Assembly (NCBI GenBank): GCA_964444425.1
Contig: CAYUHK010000005.1
Span: 4,031 to 68,030, forward strand
From: an uncultured Verrucomicrobiota bacterium
GTDB taxonomy: Bacteria > Verrucomicrobiota > Kiritimatiellia > JAAZAB01
DNA length: 64,000 nt
Direction of reading: 5' to 3'
Both the position numbers and the translations under genes were made by a program. Below the pieces are notes generated by a model. That model was not told where the DNA came from and searched no databases. It worked only from the letters and a program-made list of their open reading frames with translations. Positions 26,903-35,952 of this stretch are shown here, one piece after another (the first letter of the stretch is position 1; each line of letters begins with the position of its first letter).

Positions 26903-27817
26903 TTATTTGCGCCGTGGCCGAAAATTAAATCCGACCAGGCGTTCATTCGTCAATATATCATAATCCTGGATCCAGCCCTGCGAGAACCCCAAGGCCGTCA
27001 CCTTTTGGCAGACCTGCCGGTATTCCGCCAGCGTGATGCGCCGATTCCAGGGCTTAAGCTTAGCAGCCCGATAGGCCGGCGTATACTGGGCCATCACGCT
27101 AAGTGTGATATTGGTGCCCACGGCGCCAGCCAGCCATTCCAAGCTCTCACAGGCTTCGGCGGCGCGGCCCGGCAGAATCAATAAACGGCAAATCACGCCG
27201 GACAGCGCCACCCCAGCGGCATCATAACGCAAGGTGCCTTTCTGGCGCCACATTTCCTGCAACGCCTCTCGTGCCACGCTAACATACCCAGGTGCGCCCG
27301 AACCGGCAAGCGCAGATTCGTGGCGCGCATAGCGCAGATCAGACAGATAAACATCCACGATGCTTGCTAGTTTCTGTAGCGTTGGCACCCGCTCAAAGCC
27401 GCTAGTATTATACACAACCGGCAAGCGTTTACCATCCCGTTCAGCTATTTGCAATGCCGGCACAATCATTGGCAGCCAGGGTGTCGGGCTGACCAAGTTC
27501 AAATTATGGCAACCCTCGTCCCACAGGTTTCGAAAAATGCCGGCAAGCTCATCGATCGAATAAGTCGCGCCGCGATCCTCCTGACTCCAAGGATAATTCT
27601 GACAATACAGGCAGCGCAACGTGCAGCAGCTAAAAAACACCGTGCCCGAGCCACGGCTGCCCGATAGTGGCGGCTCCTCGCCATGATGCGGGCCGTAGCT
27701 GAATACCTGGGCCAGATGTCCTGCCTGACAAAACCCCAGTTGCTCGGCCAAACGATTGGCCCGACAGCGCCGGGGGCACAATTCACAATGAACCAGCGCC
27801 TGAGCCCCGATGATCAT
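26903..27817 (-). CDS. Radical SAM enzyme of the PflX / AmmeMemoRadiSam-system type
   Basis: CELCPRRC...FCQ N-terminal Cys cluster, then GEEPPLSGSRGSGTVFFSCCTLRCLYCQN (the CxxxCxxC radical SAM motif). No AMMECR1 or MEMO partner is adjacent. Confidence 0.7.
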   Translation of the reverse strand: MIIGAQALVHCELCPRRCRANRLAEQLGFCQAGHLAQVFSYGPHHGEEPPLSGSRGSGTVFFSCCTLRCLYCQNYPWSQEDRGATYSIDELAGIFRNLWDEGCHNLNLVSPTPWLPMIVPALQIAERDGKRLPVVYNTSGFERVPTLQKLASIVDVYLSDLRYARHESALAGSGAPGYVSVAREALQEMWRQKGTLRYDAAGVALSGVICRLLILPGRAAEACESLEWLAGAVGTNITLSVMAQYTPAYRAAKLKPWNRRITLAEYRQVCQKVTALGFSQGWIQDYDILTNERLVGFNFRPRRK

Positions 27818-27879
27818 ACTCGCTTATCTAGACGGACAGCCGCTTGCCCAGCGCCAGCGCGGCAGGCAAGCTTAAAAGA

Positions 27880-29889
27880 TTATTCTTCGGCGTCCTTGGT
27901 TTTCTCTGCGCTGGCGATTATTTTCTGGGCAATATTACTAGGCACGACATCATAGCGCAAAAACTTGATCTCGAATGAACCACGCCCGCCCGTCATGCTA
28001 CGCAGCTCCGAGGAATAACGGAACATTTCGGCCTGCGGCACCTCGGCGGTAATGACTTGCATGCCATCCTCGATCCCCACTCCCAGAATCCGGCCACGTT
28101 TATGATTTAAATCGCCATTAATATCGCCCATGTATTGATCGGGCACCGTGACCTTGGCTTCCATCAAGGGTTCCAACAGAACTGGCTTGGCTTTGCTCAT
28201 GGCATCTTTAAAGGCGCGGGCGGCGGCGATCTTGAAAGCTATCTCTGAAGAATCCACATCGTGATAGGACCCATCATAAACGGTAACCTTCACATCCACC
28301 ACTGGATAGCCGGCCAAAACTCCATGCACCATGGCTTCCACAAAGCCCTTCTGGCAAGCTGGAATGAAATTACGGGGGATCGCGCCGCCGACGATCGCGT
28401 CATCAAACCATTCCGCATCATCCGGTTTTTTAGGGGCCACCTTAGCATAAACCTCTCCATATTGGCCGCGGCCACCGGATTGCTTTTTATGCCTATAATG
28501 GCCATCGCCCAGACCTGTCACGGTTTCCTTATAGGATACTTTGGGCACCCGCAGCTCTACGCTGACGTTGCTGCGTTTTTTCATCAACTCGTTAGCAACC
28601 TCAAGATGGGTATCGCCCATGCCAGCGATCACCAGCTCATTGGTATCGTTGCGCCGTTCCATCTTCAAGGTGGGGTCATCCTCAGCCACTCGTGCCAAGG
28701 CGATGCCGATCTTATCCTCATCGGCGCGCTCTTTGGCAGCCACCGCGTAGGAGACGACCGGGGCCGGATAAACAATCGGTGCGAAGGCAGCGGTGTGACC
28801 CGGCGCGCATAAGACATCGTTTAATTGGGTCGATTTAAGTTTCGCCAGAGCCACGATATCTCCAGCACGAGCCTCCACCGCCGGGATCAGCTTCTTGCCG
28901 CCACCGATAAAAAATGTGCCTATCCGTTCTTTCTGATTCTTGATCACATTAAAAAGCTCGCTGTTCTCTCGCAGAGTGCCAGCATACACCCGCACAAAAG
29001 CCAGTTTACCAGCGTAGGGATCGGTCATGATTCGCCAGACCAGCCCGGTGAACGGCGCGGTTGGCGCGGCGTCAATAGGCTTATTATCCGCATCCCGCAA
29101 GGCTAGGTCTGCCGGGCTAGGAAACAGTCGAGTGATGCCTTCTAAGAGCTCATTGATCCCTTGATCTTTAAGAGCCTGAACAGCGAAGACTGGAATAAGG
29201 TTGCCGGAGCGCACGGCAGCGCGCAAACCCGTTTTCAACTCATCGGGCGATAGCGCCTGGCCAGACAGATATTTTTCTAACGTAGCGTCATCCGACTCAG
29301 CTGCGCGTTCGATTAAAGCGTTGTTAAAAACCTGAGCCTCAGCGGCCGGGGAGCTCAAAACATCCACGATTTTACCATCCAGCGGAAGCATTACCGGCAC
29401 GCATTTGGCACCCCAGTGTTGCTGAATGTCGGCCAACGTCTTATTAAAATCGGCATTTTCGCGGTCGAGGCCGGTCACCACAATGCCGCGCGGCAAATCT
29501 AAACTGGCGCAGCGCTTCCAAGCCCGAGCAGTACCCACCTGGATGCCGGCTATCGCGTCCACTGCAATCAGGGCGGCATCGGCCACTCGGCTGGCCCCGA
29601 TGACCTGGCCAAAGAAATCATCGTATCCAGGCGTATCGGAAAAAACCAACTGCATTTGGCGCCCGTCAGCCGCTTTGAAAAAACCGGTAAAGGTTTTAGC
29701 GTATATGCTGATTTTACGGTTGATTTCCTCTTCGTTATAGTCGCTCATGCTGGTGCCGGCGCTGACTGAGCCCAGCCGATCATTGAGGCCTAATTTAAAT
29801 AGCAGAGCGTCGCACAATGTGGTCTTTCCGCTCCCCGTGTGCCCCAGCAACACCAAATTCCTTACATCAGCAATGGCCACATCTTTCAC
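27880..29889 (-). CDS. Elongation factor G paralog (EF-G2-type translational GTPase)
   Basis: Five-domain EF-G layout with a divergent P-loop LLGHTGSGKTTL in place of AHIDAGKTT, then DTPGYDDFFGQVIGASRVADAALIAVDAIAGIQVGT, as in Thermus-type EF-G-2. It is not in an rpsL-rpsG-fusA-tuf context. Confidence 0.8.
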   Translation of the reverse strand: MKDVAIADVRNLVLLGHTGSGKTTLCDALLFKLGLNDRLGSVSAGTSMSDYNEEEINRKISIYAKTFTGFFKAADGRQMQLVFSDTPGYDDFFGQVIGASRVADAALIAVDAIAGIQVGTARAWKRCASLDLPRGIVVTGLDRENADFNKTLADIQQHWGAKCVPVMLPLDGKIVDVLSSPAAEAQVFNNALIERAAESDDATLEKYLSGQALSPDELKTGLRAAVRSGNLIPVFAVQALKDQGINELLEGITRLFPSPADLALRDADNKPIDAAPTAPFTGLVWRIMTDPYAGKLAFVRVYAGTLRENSELFNVIKNQKERIGTFFIGGGKKLIPAVEARAGDIVALAKLKSTQLNDVLCAPGHTAAFAPIVYPAPVVSYAVAAKERADEDKIGIALARVAEDDPTLKMERRNDTNELVIAGMGDTHLEVANELMKKRSNVSVELRVPKVSYKETVTGLGDGHYRHKKQSGGRGQYGEVYAKVAPKKPDDAEWFDDAIVGGAIPRNFIPACQKGFVEAMVHGVLAGYPVVDVKVTVYDGSYHDVDSSEIAFKIAAARAFKDAMSKAKPVLLEPLMEAKVTVPDQYMGDINGDLNHKRGRILGVGIEDGMQVITAEVPQAEMFRYSSELRSMTGGRGSFEIKFLRYDVVPSNIAQKIIASAEKTKDAEE

Positions 29890-30183
29890 GGTATCCCTCC
29901 TGTCAGCGCAAAGAATTATGCGTAATTCCGCCCCAGAACTCTATAATTATTAGCGGAAGGCTGTAGCAGACGCAAGGTTCTTGTTGGCGCTTGGCAGGAT
30001 TTGACTGGACAATGATGATTTCAACCTGCTTCAATGAGCTGCGCCATGAAGGCTTATGGCGCCAACCAAGCCCGGAGCGGCGATTTGGGAGCGGCCGGCC
30101 GGCGCGACGCATCGAGGCCTAACCGGCTTAAATACGTTTGGGTTGATATTTTTTAAAACAGTCGCAAGCAGAAAGGATGAATC

Positions 30184-30858
30184 ATGCAAGATCGTATTAA
30201 CCTTTCGATCGCTCGCTGGTTCGCGCTGGTCGGGATCCTGCTGTTAAGCGCCTCGCTATTAAGTTGTATTGGTGGTGGTGGTGGTGGTGGGGGCAGATGG
30301 TCCGACCACGATTTTGGATCGAATAATCAAGATGTCTATTTAGCCGTGGGCGACAGCATAACAGCCGGCAGCTCTCTGGAGAATTACGCACAGTGTTACA
30401 TCCCCAAGCTGGCCGGTCTGCTACAAAAAACCATAGTTAATAGAGCGACACCCGGAGCAATCTCCAACGATGGTGCAGATATTTTACCGGCTTTATTGAA
30501 AACAACCTCGCCCGGATTCCTGCTGATTCTATACGGCGCAAACGATTTGATCATGGGCTATGATATAACCGCAACGCTGGATAATCTCCGCTTCATGATT
30601 CAGGTGGCCAAGGGCAATAACACCATACCAATCATCGCCACGCTGACGCCGGTGAGCGGCCCCCATATCGGCATGGCCAATGCCATCGCACGGCTCAATG
30701 CTGGCATTCGGCTGCTGGCGGCTGAAGAAAATATTTATGTGGCCGACATGGAAGACGCCATGCACTGGGATCCGGACTATCTGCTTGCCGACGGCCTGCA
30801 TCCAAACCCGATAGGCAATGATGTCATGGCCGACACTTTTTATGATATCATCAAATAA
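30184..30858 (+). CDS. SGNH/GDSL-family hydrolase, predicted lipoprotein with a poly-Gly linker
   Basis: A lipobox LLSASLLSC is followed by G8 and then the block-I motif AVGDSITAG. Blocks GANDL and DGLHPN (the catalytic Asp/His) follow. Confidence 0.7.
   Translation: MQDRINLSIARWFALVGILLLSASLLSCIGGGGGGGGRWSDHDFGSNNQDVYLAVGDSITAGSSLENYAQCYIPKLAGLLQKTIVNRATPGAISNDGADILPALLKTTSPGFLLILYGANDLIMGYDITATLDNLRFMIQVAKGNNTIPIIATLTPVSGPHIGMANAIARLNAGIRLLAAEENIYVADMEDAMHWDPDYLLADGLHPNPIGNDVMADTFYDIIK
30271..30288 (+). repeat. (GGT)6 trinucleotide tract followed by GGG GGC, encoding Gly8 in the SGNH lipoprotein linker
   Basis: Read directly from the sequence at 30271-30294: ggtggtggtggtggtggtgggggc. Confidence 0.9.
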
Positions 30859-30860
30859 TC

Positions 30861-31592
30861 ATGCTGCCTGAACCAGCGGATATCGAAACTTCCTCAGCGG
30901 CCTATGCCGCTCGTTTCGCCGGGCCAACCGGCGCCTGGATGCTACATATTCAGGAGATGATAGTTTTGAATCTACTGCGCAAGCTCTCAGCAAAGACCGT
31001 TTTGGATGTTGGCGGTGGACATGGTCAACTGGCCGAGCCGCTATGCCGTGAAGGCTTCCAAGTAACGGTTGCCGCCAGCGCGCCAGTCTGCCGCCAGCGG
31101 ATAACGGCATTGCTGAACAGCGGGCAATGTCGCTTTCAAGCCGGCGATCTGCTGGCGCTGCCTTTCGCGGACAGATCTTTTGATGCTGTACTTTGTTTCC
31201 GACTAGTGATGCATTGCACTAAATGGCCGCTGTTGATCCAGGAACTCTGTCGAGTGGCACGCTGGGCTGTGATAGTTGATTACCCTACCAGCCAAAGCTT
31301 AAACCGACTGGCGCCAAGCTTATTCGCCACCAAGAAAAAGCTAGAGGGCAATACACGACCCTTCCGCTTATTTCGGCACGCCGAGATCGAGCATGAATTC
31401 CGCCAGCATGGCTTTCAAACCAGCCAGCGGATCGGCCAGTTTATGCTGCCGATGCTGCTGCATAGAATGTTGAAATGCCAGCCGCTATCAGCAACGTTAG
31501 AAACGGCTCTACGCCAGCTGGGGCTATCGCGACGCTGGGGTTCGCCGGTAATCAGCGCCATGCACCGGGGGTCCAACAGATGCATCAAATAA
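30861..31592 (+). CDS. Class I SAM-dependent methyltransferase
   Basis: Motif I VLDVGGGHGQLAEPL and an acidic motif-II region. The start is 3 nt after the SGNH hydrolase stop. Confidence 0.65.
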   Translation: MLPEPADIETSSAAYAARFAGPTGAWMLHIQEMIVLNLLRKLSAKTVLDVGGGHGQLAEPLCREGFQVTVAASAPVCRQRITALLNSGQCRFQAGDLLALPFADRSFDAVLCFRLVMHCTKWPLLIQELCRVARWAVIVDYPTSQSLNRLAPSLFATKKKLEGNTRPFRLFRHAEIEHEFRQHGFQTSQRIGQFMLPMLLHRMLKCQPLSATLETALRQLGLSRRWGSPVISAMHRGSNRCIK

Positions 31593-32626
31593 GCGCCAAC
31601 CTTGCGGCCGGAACACCAGTACTGGTAACCGGTGCGACCGGCTTCACCGGCGCGCGGCTGGTCCGCAAACTCGTACAGGCCGGCCTGCGGGTCAGCGCCA
31701 TCGCCCGAGCATCTTCGCATTTACAGCCACTAGCGGACCTGGATATTCGCTGGTTCCGCGGCGATGTTTATGATCCCGCCACGGTAACGGCTGCCATGCA
31801 AGGGATAGCCTACGTCTTCCATCTAGCCGCTGCTTACCGCGAAGCAAAATATGCCGACGAAATGTATCGCCGCGTGCATCTCGACAGCACCCAACTGCTG
31901 GCCCAGGCTGCTCTAAAAAACCCAACATTCCAACGTTTTGTACATATCTCTACTGTAGGCGTCATGGGGCATATCACTCGGCCGCCGGCCGATGAAGAGG
32001 CGCCGCTGAACCCTGGCGATATTTATCAGGCTACCAAGGCAGAGGCGGAGCAATGGCTCCGTGAGTTCGGCGCGCGCCAGGGTTTGCCTTTCAGCATTAT
32101 CCGACCAGCGGCGATTTATGGACCCGGCGATACGCGCTTGTTGAAATTTTTCCGGATGGCTTCACGCCGCCGCCTGATTCTATTGGGTCACGGACAAGGC
32201 CTATATCACCTGGTGCATGTAGATGACTTAAGCGATATTCTCATGTTGGCAGCCGTGCATCCAGCAGCGCAGAATGAAGTGTTTATCGCCGGCAATCCAG
32301 AATGTATTACGCTGGAGCACATCGCCCAAATAGTGGCCGACGAGCTGGGCAATCGTTTCAGCATCATGCGCCTGCCGGCCGGGCCGTTTTTTCTGGCCGC
32401 TGATATTTGCGAATGGGCCTGCCAGAAGATAGGCGTCGAGCCGCCTATCCATCGACGACGGCTGGCGTTCTTCACTAAAGACCGTTCCTTTAACACTCGT
32501 AAATTACGCGAGCGCTTGGGATATCAGATGCGCTATTCCAATGAAAGTGGCCTGATCGCAACCACCCGCTGGTATTGCGAACATGGCTGGCTCAAGCGTA
32601 AGTCCCGCCAAAAAGCTACCAGCTGA
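31580..32626 (+). CDS. NAD-dependent epimerase/dehydratase (SDR-e family, UDP-sugar epimerase-like)
   Basis: VLVTGATGFTGARL Rossmann motif and the YQATKAEAE catalytic YxxxK. The start at 31580 (MHQIS) overlaps the methyltransferase stop by 13 nt. The longer ORF start at 31475 would overlap 118 nt and is judged spurious. Confidence 0.75.
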   Translation: MHQISANLAAGTPVLVTGATGFTGARLVRKLVQAGLRVSAIARASSHLQPLADLDIRWFRGDVYDPATVTAAMQGIAYVFHLAAAYREAKYADEMYRRVHLDSTQLLAQAALKNPTFQRFVHISTVGVMGHITRPPADEEAPLNPGDIYQATKAEAEQWLREFGARQGLPFSIIRPAAIYGPGDTRLLKFFRMASRRRLILLGHGQGLYHLVHVDDLSDILMLAAVHPAAQNEVFIAGNPECITLEHIAQIVADELGNRFSIMRLPAGPFFLAADICEWACQKIGVEPPIHRRRLAFFTKDRSFNTRKLRERLGYQMRYSNESGLIATTRWYCEHGWLKRKSRQKATS

Positions 32627-32700
32627 CTAGGCCCCCCATTGCGTCGAGCCCAGCCAGCTGGATAACGTCTTAAACAATAGGCTTAGGCAGCCAGAGGCCG

Positions 32701-34941
32701 TTAGGATTTATGAGCTGGGCAAACCCTAAGACATTCTTCGGCTATATTAAGATGGCGCTTCTGTATGCCCCATTCAACGCTGGCCACGGCATCGGCTATG
32801 GCCGCGGCGGTTTGTTCTTTGGGCAGAGGCACATTTACATCAAGGCCCATGTAGGCCGGGCCTTCCTCGCCAACCAAGCAATATTTCTTAGCCCAGTCGC
32901 ATGCATAGCCGTTAAACGAACCTAGTTCCAAGTCGTGATCGGGCATTTTAACAACGGCGAACTCGTTCTTAAGAGCTTGGGTGGGGCAAGCCTTAACACA
33001 GGGCCTGGCGCAATCACGGCAAATATTAGGTCCATTATAAAATGGATCATCCTGCACTGGATAATCGGTCACAATGGCAATAAAGCGCTGACGCACGCCA
33101 TAGGCGCTGGTCAGCGGATAGCCGTTCACTCCACAATAAGCTAATCCAGCCAGCATAGCCGCGTGTAAATTAGCGCGCATATCCAGCCGCCGGCCGCGAG
33201 AGCTATAGACTTCCGAGGCCAAGCCAGTAAGATCATGCGTCAGCACGGCGCGCGCGCCTGAGCGTTCCAGGCGCTTGATCACTTTGACGGCAATATCGTT
33301 GAGCAAATTCATTGTTTCAAAGTAAACAAATGCGAAGGGCCCTATAGATTCCGCTGGGTTAACCTTAGCGGTATCTAACGCCGCGTCTGGAAAATGCAAC
33401 CCCAAGACGATCACAGAACGGGCGCCAGTCAGCCAATCTTCCAACCCTTTCAACCTAGGTTTAGAGGTATGTATCTCGGGATAAAAGGCACCATAAATCC
33501 AATTGCTATCAACAACATTATGAGTGTTTTCTGGTAATTTAATGGCCTGGTGGAACGCCTGCTTAAATTGTTCTAGGCGTTTCCCGCTAAAACAGCCAAT
33601 CAAGTCGGCTCCAGCATCCTTACAAAAGGCTTGCAGCTCTTGTTGCGACATTACCGGCTGAGCCGGCGCTTTAACAACATGTGGCTTTAAGACGGCACTG
33701 GTTAAAACCGTTGCAAATAGCATGTTCGGCTGATAGACGCCCAAGACTCGGGCAACGGGATTATCTGCAATGCGCGTATGTGAAACAGCGGCATAGCCAG
33801 CAATATCCAAGAAATGCGCCATTTCCCAGGCGGCAAAGGCGAGGCTACGCCAGCGCCCGTAATGATCTTCGCCATTAATACCAGGCGTCTCCGGCAGCCG
33901 TAAGCCCAGCGAGATGATCGTGGCCACGTCCGGCAGATGATATTCTGGGTGAGGCTGATTCTTGCCGGCAAAGTCTGCTAGCTGCCCCACAGCCAATAGA
34001 TCAAGAGAGTATTTAGCGCTGATCGCGTGCAGCTCGCGCATTAGCTCTTCCGGGGTTAGGCTGACCTTATCTTTTTTACGGCGAGGTGAAGCAGAATAAG
34101 CCGGATCCTCCAGACGCCGGCCCGGCGACATACAGAATTTCAGGCAGTATCCCTCTTCACCGCCACGAATCCCATATTTTTCCAGATAGCGCAAAGCGGT
34201 GGCTTCATCCACCTTATCTGGAATAGCATGGTCTAGACTAAGTGCAAAGTTCTCGGCCCATGAGCAGCGCCACTTATTGATATCCGGAAATTCAAAAACC
34301 CGGCCACCGATTTCCAACTTATTGATTTTGGTCACTTCCTTACGAAAGGCATCTGTAGGGCAATGCTTGACACAAGCCATACATTTATCGCATAGCGGCG
34401 CGCCAGCGTACATGGGCGAAGCGGTTAGATCGGCGTTGGTTACCACTGAAACAAACCGGGCCCGGGGCCCAAAATCTTCCGTCAAGGCGAGTCCATTCCA
34501 GCCGATCTCACCTAAGCCGGCCGCAACAGCAGCATAACGATGGGCCATGTCAGGAGCAAAATCAACCGGGCAATCCTTATAGGCATGATAACGCCAGATA
34601 TTGCTGGATACGATGGGGAGCGCCTGAAACCCCTTGGCTTCTAGAAATCTAGCCATCCAGAATGATAGATCATCCAGCCGTGGATTCATAACGCTGCCCT
34701 GGGTGCCATAAGCGCCCTGGTCGTGTGGTGAAGGGTCGCCTCCCAATTCCACCGCTGCATCATGGTGGTGCAGCGCCATCACTACTACGGATTTAGCACC
34801 AGGCAAAAGTTCTTGTGGGCTCATTTTGAGCGGAGCACCTTTAAAGCGTTCAATGGGCGCCACGCCCACTAAATCGGCGCCAAGCTGCTTGGCTTTGGCC
34901 AGAACTTCTACAGTTAATTGCGAAACGTTAGTTGATTGCAT
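32701..34941 (-). CDS. Tandem fusion of two epoxyqueuosine-reductase-like (QueG/RdhA-superfamily) Fe-S modules
   Basis: Each ~370-aa half has the QueG-type block (AAGLGEIGWNGLALTEDFG...CDKCMACVKHCPTDAF and LAGLAYCGVNGYPLTSAYG...CRDCARPCVKACPTQAL). Each half also has a second Cys cluster (CSW...YCLKFC and CDWAKKYC...CLRVCP). Confidence 0.6.
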   Translation of the reverse strand: MQSTNVSQLTVEVLAKAKQLGADLVGVAPIERFKGAPLKMSPQELLPGAKSVVVMALHHHDAAVELGGDPSPHDQGAYGTQGSVMNPRLDDLSFWMARFLEAKGFQALPIVSSNIWRYHAYKDCPVDFAPDMAHRYAAVAAGLGEIGWNGLALTEDFGPRARFVSVVTNADLTASPMYAGAPLCDKCMACVKHCPTDAFRKEVTKINKLEIGGRVFEFPDINKWRCSWAENFALSLDHAIPDKVDEATALRYLEKYGIRGGEEGYCLKFCMSPGRRLEDPAYSASPRRKKDKVSLTPEELMRELHAISAKYSLDLLAVGQLADFAGKNQPHPEYHLPDVATIISLGLRLPETPGINGEDHYGRWRSLAFAAWEMAHFLDIAGYAAVSHTRIADNPVARVLGVYQPNMLFATVLTSAVLKPHVVKAPAQPVMSQQELQAFCKDAGADLIGCFSGKRLEQFKQAFHQAIKLPENTHNVVDSNWIYGAFYPEIHTSKPRLKGLEDWLTGARSVIVLGLHFPDAALDTAKVNPAESIGPFAFVYFETMNLLNDIAVKVIKRLERSGARAVLTHDLTGLASEVYSSRGRRLDMRANLHAAMLAGLAYCGVNGYPLTSAYGVRQRFIAIVTDYPVQDDPFYNGPNICRDCARPCVKACPTQALKNEFAVVKMPDHDLELGSFNGYACDWAKKYCLVGEEGPAYMGLDVNVPLPKEQTAAAIADAVASVEWGIQKRHLNIAEECLRVCPAHKS

Positions 34942-34989
34942 GCCAAGGTTTCCTTTCTACTGATTATAGAATTAGACCATATCCAATCG

Positions 34990-35757
34990 TTATTCGCCGC
35001 TGAGCTGTTGGCGCAGTTGCCGACAGCTTGCCTGCATAGCGGCCAATATTTTTTTTCTATGGAGACCTTTAAAACGGAAGGCCGGTAGATACAAGCCCAG
35101 CGCCGCAACCACTTTAGGCGTTTGCTGAGAGCGCAGGCCCCCCGCGTAAACAGGCATGGCAATGCCGAGAGTGTCACTGCCTGATGCAATATGAATCAAT
35201 TGGGCCTGACGCCGAATTTGATGCAGTTGCTCCTGCAGGCCCGCCAGCGTAGCCGCTTCCGGCCAAGCGCTGCTCGGCAAGCCATACTGACGAATAAAGG
35301 CGGCCAGCTCGTCTTCGTCCAGATAAGCCAATAACAGTCGGCCGCTGGGCATCTGGTAAACATCCTCGCGCAATAGATAATCGGGACGCAGCTGCAGGAT
35401 TTGATCGCCGCTGGCATGGCATAAAATGGTGCGGCGAAAATCCTGCAAAACCACTAATAATACATTTTCGCCAGTCTGCCGCGCTAGACGCATCACCAGG
35501 GGTTTGGCCAGATTCAAAAGACGATGCTGGCTCAGGCCCTGCTGAGCTAGATAAATCAGGCGCGAGCCGAGCCGGTAGCCTTTTTTGGGCGCAATTTGCT
35601 CAACGTAATGGCGGCCTACCATGGTTTTCAGGATGTTGGCGCAGGTGGCCAGATGAATTTTATGCTGACCGGCGATCTCGCTTAAAGATCGCGGCTGATC
35701 CGGCGTGGCCGCCAGAAATTCAATAATATCAAAGGCCTTATGTAAAACCTTAATCAT
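34990..35757 (-). CDS. IclR-family transcriptional regulator
   Basis: N-terminal wHTH KAFDIIEFLAATPDQPRSLSEIAGQHKIHLATCANILKTMV and a C-terminal IclR effector domain. It lies 48 nt upstream of the QueG-like gene on the same strand. Confidence 0.85.
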   Translation of the reverse strand: MIKVLHKAFDIIEFLAATPDQPRSLSEIAGQHKIHLATCANILKTMVGRHYVEQIAPKKGYRLGSRLIYLAQQGLSQHRLLNLAKPLVMRLARQTGENVLLVVLQDFRRTILCHASGDQILQLRPDYLLREDVYQMPSGRLLLAYLDEDELAAFIRQYGLPSSAWPEAATLAGLQEQLHQIRRQAQLIHIASGSDTLGIAMPVYAGGLRSQQTPKVVAALGLYLPAFRFKGLHRKKILAAMQASCRQLRQQLSGE

Positions 35758-35774
35758 TGACTCTTTGCAAACTA

Positions 35775-35797
35775 TTAAGGCGCACTCTAAGCCTTAA
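35775..35797. promoter_or_regulatory. Inverted repeat TTAAGGC-N9-GCCTTAA in the IclR upstream region; candidate operator
   Basis: Seen directly at 35775-35797, 18-40 nt upstream of the IclR start codon (35757, minus strand), within an AT-rich stretch. Confidence 0.3.
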
Positions 35798-35952
35798 ATA
35801 TTAATTTGTCAATATAAAATTATATTTTATATTTTAATAATAACCACTAGCGTCAGGGGAGGGGCGAAAGGTCAGCTATAGAAAGGATGCGTCCAGATAG
35901 TGCTGTAATTGATGGCGAGAGGCAGGCCAGCATTAGCATGAACAGCAGCGCT

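Noticed and set aside
28261-28812. 183-aa ORF antisense to the EF-G paralog
   Set aside because: It lies fully inside a conserved GTPase gene on the opposite strand. It is the usual long antisense ORF of a GC-rich gene.
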